A stretch of DNA of 49,084 nt, the filler included, from Sphacelaria rigidula (lineage: Eukaryota): assembly GCA_964200075.2 (NCBI GenBank). It is 3 parts of 3 records of this genome, joined end to end, with 100 filler letters (N's around TTAATTAATTAA, not from the genome) between each part and the next. Parts side by side here need not be neighbours in the genome. Positions count along the whole stretch, not along the records: positions 1 to 16,296 come from CAXNAA020001405.1; positions 16,397 to 32,691 come from CAXNAA020001406.1; 1 more part is not named here. The stretch is one strand, 5' to 3'. Under the pieces are notes generated by a model. The model worked only from the letters and a program-made list of their open reading frames with translations, was not told the DNA's origin and made no database searches. Every line of letters begins with the position of its first letter. The first letter of the stretch is position 1. Of this stretch, positions 12,601-20,544 are shown in pieces. Position numbers and translations under genes: made by a program.

Positions 12601-14841
12601 GGGTTCGTCATGCTGCGCCAGCAGTAGTTGTCGCTGTCGAACAGACCGGTGATGACGGCGATCTGCGCGTTACCTAAACGGATTGGTAAAACGGAGGAGG
12701 GGAGGCGGCGGAGGAGAGGGGGGGAGGCGTGCAGTGTTGAGGAAAGGGGCCGTGAAATAGGCAGGTTGCGTTGTGTTGGAGATAAATCCACAAGAGAACA
12801 ATGAAAACAGCAGATGAATTTATGCAACGGCAGAAGGGGTACGCCTTCCGCCATTTGTCACATCACACTTGATGAGTGCTTCATGGAAGGATATGTGACG
12901 ATAAATCCCCCTGTCTCCATCGTCGGGTGAATCGACGGATGAGAACTACTATGCGTTACCGAATACTTTTTCCAGCTGTGTTTCAGTCCATCACGTAAAA
13001 CACAACAGCCAACTTCGAATATCGAATACTCCAGTTTCCGCGGTTGGCATCAACAACAACAACACTACAACAGCAAGACTGTGTGGTAGAAGACAACTCG
13101 AAACTTAAAATGAAAACGTATTGGTTTCACCACTTCACCTCCGTCCTCAATGTCGCAATCCGACTGCCCCAGATTATCACGAGCCAGATGCGCAAGAGTG
13201 TGCGACTGCCACCAGAAGGACTCCATGTTATCCAGTACCCACGATAGTAGATCATCAGACGCCCATTCCCCTGAGTCGAACTCAGCTTTCATACCGGGCA
13301 CGGCCCGAGATAGCCATCCTTCCGGGAGAATCGGATCGATTCCTGCCGGTTCGTGATGATTGCGGTGTGGCGACGGTTACGGTGCGCGATCGCCACATGT
13401 TACGACCTTTCCATCGTTTGTCGATCAGAAGGAGGTGTTCATGGCGGCTAGACGGTGGCAGGGTGGTGTGATAGGACCGTGCGGGTTATTTTTCGCGGTG
13501 GAACCAACGTGCCGGGCACCTGGACGCTGGAAATGTGAGTAACGGTACTTGATACGTGAATCGGATAATGATTTCCTACTAACTCATACATCTTGACTGC
13601 CAGCAGAGACAAAAACAACAACTGAGAGATGCATATTCTGCAGCACCGTTATGGGAGTGAAGGAAGGCCTTACCGACCAAAACTCCGTTGTCAACAAGGG
13701 AAAATATGAACGCAGAGGGATATTGAAGACGTATTGAAGACGTCATTGACTGGTCGGACCTGTGCCGAACCTCTGCCGAACAGAACACAGGCTCCATCCG
13801 AAGTTACCTAGATTTAGTATGCGATAGCTGTAATTGTTTCATCGCATTGTTCTCGAGACAGGAAGCAGACTGGCCTGTGGCACTTGACAGCCCCCCGCAC
13901 ACACTAGATCTATTCAGTGCCGCGACGGCCTTGCTCAATTCGTCACAGCGGATGCAAAAAGCCCCCGAACGTCGAAGAAAACCCGTTTTATAGTACATTT
14001 TGGCGATTTGCAAAGTGCTGCGGCCTCCGCGGCACGCGTTACGGAAAGCCGCCGCACCACTGAATAGTCTTGGTGTGTGGGAAGCGCACGTATCAAACCG
14101 CAGTCCAATCCTCTGCTTCGTTGCCGAGATATCTACGTTGCAAGATGTACTTGATTTTAGTGTGATTGATTCATGTGGTACGAATCAATCCTTACGCTTT
14201 ATTTTCAGCGTTGCAACCCACGTATGCGCAGCCCGGCAAAGTGGAATGGCGCAAAAGTTGCGTGGAGACCTGTTTGACCAGCGGTCGACGTTCTTCTCTC
14301 TTTCCATCAATCAGGCCTACGAAATCGTGGATTTGGTGATTCGAACCGGCGATGATTGGTCCGAACCGTGAAGATGAGCACAACAACAACACGTGCGGCA
14401 GCTCCTATCCTCCTGTTGTAACCCTGTGCACAGGTGTACAGCAACGTCAGTCATAGGGCTGTTACAGAATCTACTATAGCAGTAGTACATTTTGGATGAG
14501 CGCCGTCGTCATTTGGAGTGACGCGTGTACCTGTGATTGACACTGACAGGCTCATTTAGGTTTTATTTAGTCTGCATTCAACTGACTGTGTAGTTGGTCG
14601 GTCCATTTCCCCTATATACAGTACCCAAAATCGAGCCCCATTCACCCCTTTAACAGTCGGTCAACTTTCACGCAGGACTCATTGTGAAGACACGTACGTG
14701 TCGGTTGATTTTACTAGTATGAATGATTGTGGAGCAATTCTGAACTCATTGACGCGTCATACCTGCACCCGACACCGGCTCTCCCTTGGGCAAGAGTCCG
14801 GCATCGGAGTCGTCGAAACTCACAGCATAGTCCGATTCCAC
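470..14841 (-). CDS. Spliced host gene (partial, 8 exons, 356 codons): Agd3-like / CE18-family polysaccharide deacetylase
   Basis: Exons 14841-14763, 13342-13139, 12673-12437, 9375-9308, 7691-7614, 3230-3127, 1942-1819 and 643-470 each have an AG acceptor and a GT donor. Junction phases match (1,1,1,0,0,2,0), giving 1068 nt with no stop. The product contains WWQSHTLAH, MTNPGITGLFN, CGPGDNT, GFQIVPRWASFVYFNC, GRRDKYMFHQAN, SLLGHWYE, FPVTSVKFDDM and YIPLTVP, in the order I recall for A. fumigatus Agd3 (HISHTFTH, IIPPAITGLHN, CVGDNT, GMQVNPRWATRIYYNC, LRHDGYMFHQAN, WPLVTI, PIPVTFP). Start and stop exons not located. Confidence 0.88.
1819..1942 (-). CDS. Agd3-like gene exon carrying the YMFHQAN motif
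   Basis: ggcag|G acceptor, ACC|gtaagt donor, 124 nt. Confidence 0.9.
3127..3230 (-). CDS. Agd3-like gene exon (SCSSCGDDIQSFGSIEALFEQEAKTATRQILMGR)
   Basis: ttgcag|TCG acceptor, AG|gtattt donor, 104 nt; its phase-2 end completes an Arg codon with the next exon. Confidence 0.85.
4289..5098 (-). pseudogene. LINE reverse transcriptase domain (fragment)
   Basis: 269-aa ORF with QAGFR, QG-PLSP-LF and FADD motifs; contains a 10-N gap. Confidence 0.93.
6106..6880 (-). pseudogene. LINE apurinic-like (APE) endonuclease domain (frameshifted)
   Basis: KLRIGSWNV...IVGIQESW in ORF 6673-7401, continuing to NIYIP, LDYLVV and TDH in ORF 6106-6627. Confidence 0.88.
7614..7691 (-). CDS. Agd3-like gene exon (CLVNENEYIRRIVCGCSNLDPSQDKG)
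   Basis: caacag|TGC acceptor, GGG|gtgaga donor, 78 nt, phase 0-0. Confidence 0.82.
7857..8121 (-). mobile_element. tRNA-derived SINE
   Basis: Minus strand begins GGCCGCCCCGGTGGCTCAGTTGGTA with A-box TGGCTCAGTTGG (8110-8099) and B-box-like GGTTCGGGTCTC (8066-8055). No acceptor-stem pairing, so not a tRNA. A non-tRNA body and an A-rich 3' end follow; the 3' boundary is approximate. Confidence 0.75.
9308..9375 (-). CDS. Agd3-like gene exon (GFQIVPRWASFVYFNCVDGD)
   Basis: aacag|GC acceptor, GAC|gtgagt donor, 68 nt; conserved PRWA motif. Confidence 0.88.
10170..10626. repeat. Diverged direct repeat, about 155 bp x2 (10170-10323 and 10473-10626), period about 303 bp
   Basis: Shared blocks ttggacca..acggtcaataac.ccct.ctgataaacgg.gt and aacaccaacttgggca.tg..gtttgagc.cgg. 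Probably the interior of an unclassified intronic element. Confidence 0.75.
12437..12673 (-). CDS. Agd3-like gene exon (PGITGLFN...GPGDNT)
   Basis: tttag|GT acceptor after a pyrimidine tract, G|gtgagg donor, 237 nt, GC-rich third codon positions. Confidence 0.9.
13139..13342 (-). CDS. Agd3-like gene exon carrying the metal-binding SHTLAH motif
   Basis: ggcag|GA acceptor, G|gtgaag donor, 204 nt; encodes ...DDLLSWVLDNMESFWWQSHTLAHLARDNL... Confidence 0.87.
14763..14841 (-). CDS. Agd3-like gene, most 5' exon found (VESDYAVSFDDSDAGLLPKGEPVSGAG)
   Basis: aatcag|GTG acceptor and G|gtatga donor; its phase-1 end fits the next exon. No conserved motif, so it is the least certain exon. Confidence 0.65.
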
Positions 14842-15127
14842 CTGATTTCCGTGGAGCAACAGCCGCACAAGAAGCTAAGCGCTTCAACAGCATAAAAGCA
14901 GACATATTACGGCCACAACCCGGACATTCTCTGCTCGTAAAAGGTGGAATATCTACTTCATCATGACAAAGAGAAGAGTCATACAAAGATAGGGAGGGGG
15001 GGGGGGGGGGGGGGGGGGGAATTTTTTGTTTTTTTGGTTGGTTGTTTTGTTGTCCACCCCACTTTCTTTTTGAAACGCAAACCNNNNNNNNNNAGGTTAC
15101 AGTAGATGCGCGGCCGGGCGAGGAGAA

Positions 15128-16211
15128 TGAGGGGGGGGGGCTGGGGGGGTGGGGGGGGGGGGGGTACTCATATGTTGTTTGCCTGGGTCATTTGATCGCT
15201 GACCACGCATCCCTTTTGAGCCAGAGCACCGTTCCTATTCCAAATACTAGCTGGGCCAGCTTACAAGCGACTAAACGTTGTTTACACCACAGCTTTTCCA
15301 GTTTCCCGAATAAATCCAACGTAAACATATCACTGTGAACTGCAGACCCACCTGATGACAAAGGGCTGCGTCGCTGTTTGATTGGCGTCGTGTTGCCGAT
15401 GACTTCATTGTACTGCACAACGTACGGGGTGCGCTTCATATCGTTGGGCGATAACGTGTCGGGGTGATTTTTCTTTTTTTAATGCGGTGGGTTCACGTCA
15501 GCAATCACCCCGCACTGGGTATAAGTGCGGTGCAGCAGCGTCAAGCAAAACGTTTCAAGCACAGCCCAATTCGACGACTCTTGAGCTGAGATTTCACGAA
15601 GACCTTCTGCACCCAAGGAAATGATACATCCCCGGAGCAGCTGCAGATCCTCATTTCTTTCGTGGACTTATGAAATTATCTTGTTTTTGCTGAAATTTCA
15701 GATCCCATAACTTCCTGTTTTTTCTTCTTTTTTTCTTCTTGTTTTCTTTGTTGTTCACGTTTTATTCCGCACGTCGATCATAATAAGCTCATGTCGAAAT
15801 TTCAGCGTCCAACTCCTAACTTTACGCCGTGCGTCGCCTGAGCAAGAAAACCACCCATTGTTGGCTGGCCCAGCTCGTGGAGATACTTGAAACATTTGGG
15901 CGCTCATTGCGCTTTCTCCGTACACTACATAGTAACATTTCTTGTCCCCTTTCTTGTTTTGCCGTCTGGGGCCACCGCCTATTTCCCAGCGTAGCCATCG
16001 TTTTCTTGCTCCTGTCTGATGCATCAATTCGTGCCACCTTTTTTCACTTTCCACGTTTCCCCCTCCAACACGTCCCGTTCCTCCTTGTATGAACCACATT
16101 GTTATTATATGCTTCCCATTCTCTCTTGCTTTGCCACAGGGGCAACTCTGTGCATCTACTTCCTCTTCCACCCGACTACTGGTATATCTCTTTCTTCGTT
16201 CTGGCAGATGC
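15128..16211 (-). mobile_element. 5'-truncated LINE 3' fragment, split by a MITE
   Basis: 15165-15246 matches 3305-3387 and 15880-16211 continues colinearly with about 3388-3735 (encodes SCPCGKARENGKHI); G-run at 15128-15164. Confidence 0.85.
15247..15877. mobile_element. Non-autonomous TIR element (MITE, 631 bp), probably Tc1/mariner-pogo type
   Basis: TIRs ctagctgggccagcttacaa and rc cgagctgggccagccaacaa (17/20). Flanks are TA (15245-15246) and TG (15878-15879), a probable mutated TA duplication. It cleanly interrupts a LINE copy. Confidence 0.75.
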
Positions 16212-16216
16212 TATGA

Positions 16217-16282
16217 GAGGGGGGGGTACTCTTTCGTTGCTTGCCTTAGTCATTGCACCATTGACCACACATCCCTTTCGAG
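16217..16282 (-). mobile_element. Very short LINE 3' tip (same family)
   Basis: ggggggggtactctttcgttgcttgccttagtcattgcaccattgaccacacatccctttcgag matches 3300-3362. Confidence 0.8.
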
Positions 16283-16296
16283 AGGAGTTGGGGGGG

Positions 16297-16396
16297 NNNN
16301 NNNNNNNNNNNNNNNNNNNNNNNNNNNNNNNNNNNNNNNNTTAATTAATTAANNNNNNNNNNNNNNNNNNNNNNNNNNNNNNNNNNNNNNNNNNNN
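16297..16396. other. Scaffold gap with artificial TTAATTAATTAA spacer
   Basis: N44-TTAATTAATTAA-N44, identical in design to 32692-32791; an assembly artefact. Confidence 0.95.
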
Positions 16397-16501
16397 ATGG
16401 CCCATATGAAAGTCATTTGTCATGAATTTTGGTCAGGGAAAGCACGACGTTTGAGTTGAACCTCATTTGCTTTTCAACCCCATTTTCGAAAATCGGCTGT
16501 T
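16397..16501. repeat. End of a repeat element running into the gap; inverted copy at 32620-32691
   Basis: ggtcagggaaagcacgacgtttgagttgaacctcattt...tcaaccccattttcgaaaatcggctgtt is the reverse complement of 32620-32689. Confidence 0.8.
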
Positions 16502-17279
16502 CTAAGGAGGTGCTCTGGGCAGAGGGGAATGTGTAGTAACGTTTCGCGTATTATCTTACTATACCCTGACCTCACCCAAAATCAACATCAAGACCGTGTA
16601 AGCTCCACGAGATACATCAAACCCCCAAGATGTAGAAATGTAGAAACGCAACTTCAAGTGCAGTGACGCGGGCAACATGTAGAGTGCATGGCCTTGTATG
16701 CCGTACATTCAGTCACACGACACAATATCTGTCCGCCCCGCACATTTGATATACCGCCAACCTGCCCCGTAATCTACCTGAATTAGTCCATCTTCGTATG
16801 CACGAAGACTGAGATCGGCAATATTCTCATAGATTGTTATGTGCGCACTTTGATTTTTCTACTTTTTATATTCTGAAGTATATGTCGCGCTTTGTCCGTT
16901 CCTATTCTAACTGCTCGCGCTGGCCCTTGTTCGGTCGTTCGGTCCTCCCTTTCGCCATCAGGCATTGTCTGAGGGGTTGATGGCGGACATCTTCCATCAA
17001 ACAGCACCGCTGTTGGTGTCCACGAGTGCGTCCATCCATTGGACGGGAGTAGCCTTCGCTACGATAGACTTCGTGTCTTTTTTTTCGACGGACGTACCTG
17101 GCGTCGCAAACGCTATGGGCACCCTATGATGCTCAAGGTTCAGCTGAGCACTCTCGCGATTTCGAGAGAGTTTTGAATATCTGCTGCGTATCTTATCGGT
17201 CCGCTGTTGTATTGGTCCTGCCGGTGCTTGTTCGCGGGTGTCTTCGTGAGAGTCTGACAACAAATTAGTTGGTAGCCAG

Positions 17280-17489
17280 TGTGATGCGTGAAAAGCCGCG
17301 TGCTTAGAGAACCCGCATCGGCATTTGAACATCCCTATGGTTAGGGTCAGGGTTACGGTTAGTGTTGGGGTTAGGGCAGGGGCCTGGTCCATGCAGGGAC
17401 TGACCTGATTGGATTCGAAACACATTGATCCTGAGGTGTTTCGAACTACGATGCGGTACCTCAAGTACATGGTTTTCTCGCGCATTACA
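17280..17489. mobile_element. Short TIR element with internal degenerate (TTAGGG)n, copy 1
   Basis: Termini tgtgatgcgtgaaa and tctcgcgcattaca; internal ggttagggtcagggttacggttag; body colinear with 18422-19139. Confidence 0.75.
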
Positions 17490-18421
17490 GCAAGCACGCC
17501 ATCATATTCGTAGGGGCTTTGTCATTTTCCTTCTTCCATCAACTTGTGTATCTCGTTACTGGGCCGTTTATTGATGGTAGCGTGGTGCCACTTTAGGGGT
17601 ACACGAAACAAATATCTGGTCTGGCGCACTTCCTGTGGTATCTCCCGCCCCACGCGTCAGAAACAGCGTGGCGTTGTTGAGTTATTCCATTCTCCGGTTG
17701 GTTTCATCGCGTCATCATGCTCATTCGAGATTGTTCATTTTTTGCCCCTCTTTCGCTTTGATTGGTATATAAGATACTTGCAGTGATGTAGGGAATCTAA
17801 ACGTGGCACTTATGGCATCTTCCGCGGCGTGCCACTGCTTCGGTGGACGACGGGGTGCTCGTGGTTGGCTGTCTACCGCGTGGTTCCAGTGTATGTGCAT
17901 ATGACTTTGTTGTGTTTGGGCCAGGGGCAAGTATTTGCTCCCATTCATGAAACCGCATTGGTGTGTTACATTATACAGTGCAAGTTGATTCAGACGGTGC
18001 GCTATAGGGCCACATCATGGCCATGACTCACCTAGCGTGTTGCGCCTTTCAATACCGGTTTCCTGTACAATTCATCAAGTTGCGCCTCTTGGTGCGAGTG
18101 CTATGCAATGCCGAATCCTACATCGGACAAATCAGTTTGTACACCCTCACAACTTGTGCACTATTTGTTTCTTTGCGTTGATCTTGCGTGAGCGAGTACC
18201 AGCTGCAGAATATTCAAGTTGTGCCTATGCTCACCTCTGGCATGCGGCATAAATATTGACGAAACAGCAACCCTGCCGAACTGTCAAGGCCAACCCTGAT
18301 GACCCACTTAGGAATTTCGCTTTTGTTTCAGAACAGTTGCTGTCAATTCCACGCTCGTAGCACGTGTTTGTAAGCTACGGAGTTGGTAAACCTGATTCCG
18401 TTGTCAACCGTGGGAGGACCG

Positions 18422-19139
18422 TGTAATGCGTGAGAGGACCGCATCGGAATTTGAACATCTCTACTATGTTTATATTGTGGGATTTACGTGTGGTTCCCAG
18501 CAGGTGGTGGCAAAGGCTGACACCGACGGAGGTTAGTCTGTACAGCTAGCTTGCAGGTAGCAGGTGATGCTACTGCTGTAGACTTGTTGATGTTAAATGG
18601 GCGCTTGCGGCCAACAAAGACTTGCAGAGAACGATACACTTTGACAGTCTAGAGAAGGCGACAGGAGACAAAGCTGAGCGAGATAGAAGGGGGGCGAGCT
18701 TGGCTGCACCTCTTCTCTTTCTAGAATATCAGACACACACGCATGTTCTAGACTAGTCTAGAAGCTTGTCCTGGAAACTACTGTTCCAGGAGCCAAAGTA
18801 ACGTTCTACGTGGCCTTCTTGAACCAACTACTGTTCTTGAGAACGTTCCTAAGATACGGTGTAACCATTCAGGTCTCGACTGCTATAATACTACTGAACA
18901 TTCACTTATGTAGCTTTGCTAATCCATAACAGCTTAGGGTTAGGGTTAGGGTTGGGGTTGGGATTAGGGTCCGGGGCGTAGTCCTTGCAGGGACTGGCCA
19001 GGGTTATGGTCAGGGGCGTGGTACCTGCAGGGACTGACCCGATTGGTTTTGAGAAACATCGATCCTGAGGTGTTTTGAACTACGGTGCGGTCCTCTAAGC
19101 GCGCGGTCCTCTACGCACGCGGTCCTCTCACGCATTACA
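18422..19139. mobile_element. Short TIR element with internal (TTAGGG)n, copy 2, interrupted by a solo LTR
   Basis: Perfect 21-bp TIRs tgtaatgcgtgagaggaccgc / gcggtcctctcacgcattaca; ttagggttagggttagggttgggg at 18934-18957. A further inverted partial copy lies at 19148-19229. Confidence 0.8.
18473..18931. mobile_element. Probable solo LTR (459 bp)
   Basis: Insertion absent from the sister element at 17280-17489. Ends tattgtgggatt...aatccataaca (short inverted termini, TG mutated to TA). Near-perfect 5-bp duplication gttta/gctta. Confidence 0.6.
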
Positions 19140-19298
19140 CCCCAGCACTAACCCTAACCCCAACCCTGACCTAGGGATATTCCAACGCCGATGCGGTGCA
19201 CCAAGCACGCGGTCCTCTCACGCATTCCACCATACTGTAAAATCACTCTGCCGACGATGATTCTCTGCAACTGGCAATATGGGGGAGCGGAAAACTAG

Positions 19299-19867
19299 TG
19301 TAGCGCGTATCTAGTCCGCGTGCGTAAGGACTACATCAGAGTGTGAACACCCTGCGACCGACGTGTCGGGAGGATCGCTCGTACCTATCGACAGCAGGGA
19401 TGTCGTCCCGAGCAAATCGGAGCCGCGCATTTATCGAACCAGGGGTAGCGAAGCCGGGTAAGCTGACTGGAGTCACACTATGGCAACGCAGTGTGATCCG
19501 GAAACGAGGAGAGCAAAAGGAATTGATACAATACAAGTTGAAGGACAGCACTCGTCTAGGAGTCATTCTCGTAGGTGTATTGTGGTGAAAACGAGTTGAC
19601 ACCAGCGCATTCAGTTAGGTGTCGGTGCCTACCACGTCATCATGACCGCACCGACGAGTTGATGCTCGGTACTTTCAGCTACGTGCTGCAGGCATGACTC
19701 CTAGACAGTACTGGCCTCTGAATTTTATAGTTTCAAAAACAATTTGCGATCCTCGTTTTCGGGGCACACGGCGTCGGCATCGTGTTGTTGTCTTCCCGGC
19801 ACGTCGGTTCCGGGGTGTTCAATTTCCGATGCGGTCGTAGAAGCACGTGATCTGGACACGTATGACA
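19299..19867. mobile_element. Older TIR element (about 570 bp) related to the TTAGGG-bearing family; another left end begins at about 19877
   Basis: Diverged TIRs of about 75 bp sharing cgtgc...gac..catc.ga...tgaacaccc...accgacgtg.cggga.ga. The same terminal motif recurs at 19877-19953 just before the copia LTR. Confidence 0.6.
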
Positions 19868-19982
19868 TCAGTCCATTGCGATGCGTGGGACGACCGCGTG
19901 CTGTTCGGACCGCATCGGAATTCGGACACCCCAGAACCGACGGTCCGGAAGACCGCGTGGACGCCGTCAATGCAGAGACCGC

Positions 19983-20236
19983 TATTCCTTGCCTCAGGCA
20001 CAGTGTAACGGCTTCAGATCTTTTATTGAAGAGCACCCAAGTTCTACTATAACTTGGGAGAGTGCTGATGAGATGGAGGTAGATGAATGAGAATGACCAA
20101 GGGAGGCGGACTGCTCTGCTGCTTGGAGCCGTACTGTACCACATTTGCACACACTTTACTATCGGTACTCGTACGTCACCCCGACCCCCGGTTCTACTTA
20201 GATCCAGCATTACTGGGTATCTGAATCACTCAAACA
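19983..20236 (-). repeat. Copia 3' LTR
   Basis: Begins TGTTTGAGTG right after the PPT; the terminal CA is not preserved. Confidence 0.9.
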
Positions 20237-20544
20237 CTTCCCCTGATCGGACACCTCAGCACTCAAAGCTAAAAAAACAGAATTCGAGGAGGAAACTCGG
20301 CCTTCCGAGCAAAACAAAACTGTCACACAAACTCTACCGCTTGTGCTCAAAACAAACAGCCCTTTTTCGCAGACGCCCAGGCCAGGGCACCTGCACTCAA
20401 AAACGGGGAACGCCCTACAAATCCATGCCCTCAAAGTAGCGTGAGCGGCTTCACCCGATGTAAGCGCAGATGCATTACGGAAACCATAACCTGAAACATC
20501 TAGAGCTGACAAATCGAAAGATGCACACAAAACTAAATATGTGT

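Noticed and set aside
16341-16352. TTAATTAATTAA motif (also 32736-32747) as a biological signal
   Set aside because: Centred in symmetric N-runs; a scaffolding spacer with stop codons in all frames.
18934-18970. Telomere or chromosome-fusion site
   Set aside because: Short, degenerate and internal to a repeated TIR element.
20060-20110. Hammerhead ribozyme at CTGATGA in the copia LTRs (also 134, 15352, 18295)
   Set aside because: No stem II followed by GAAA and no compatible stems I and III could be formed by eye.
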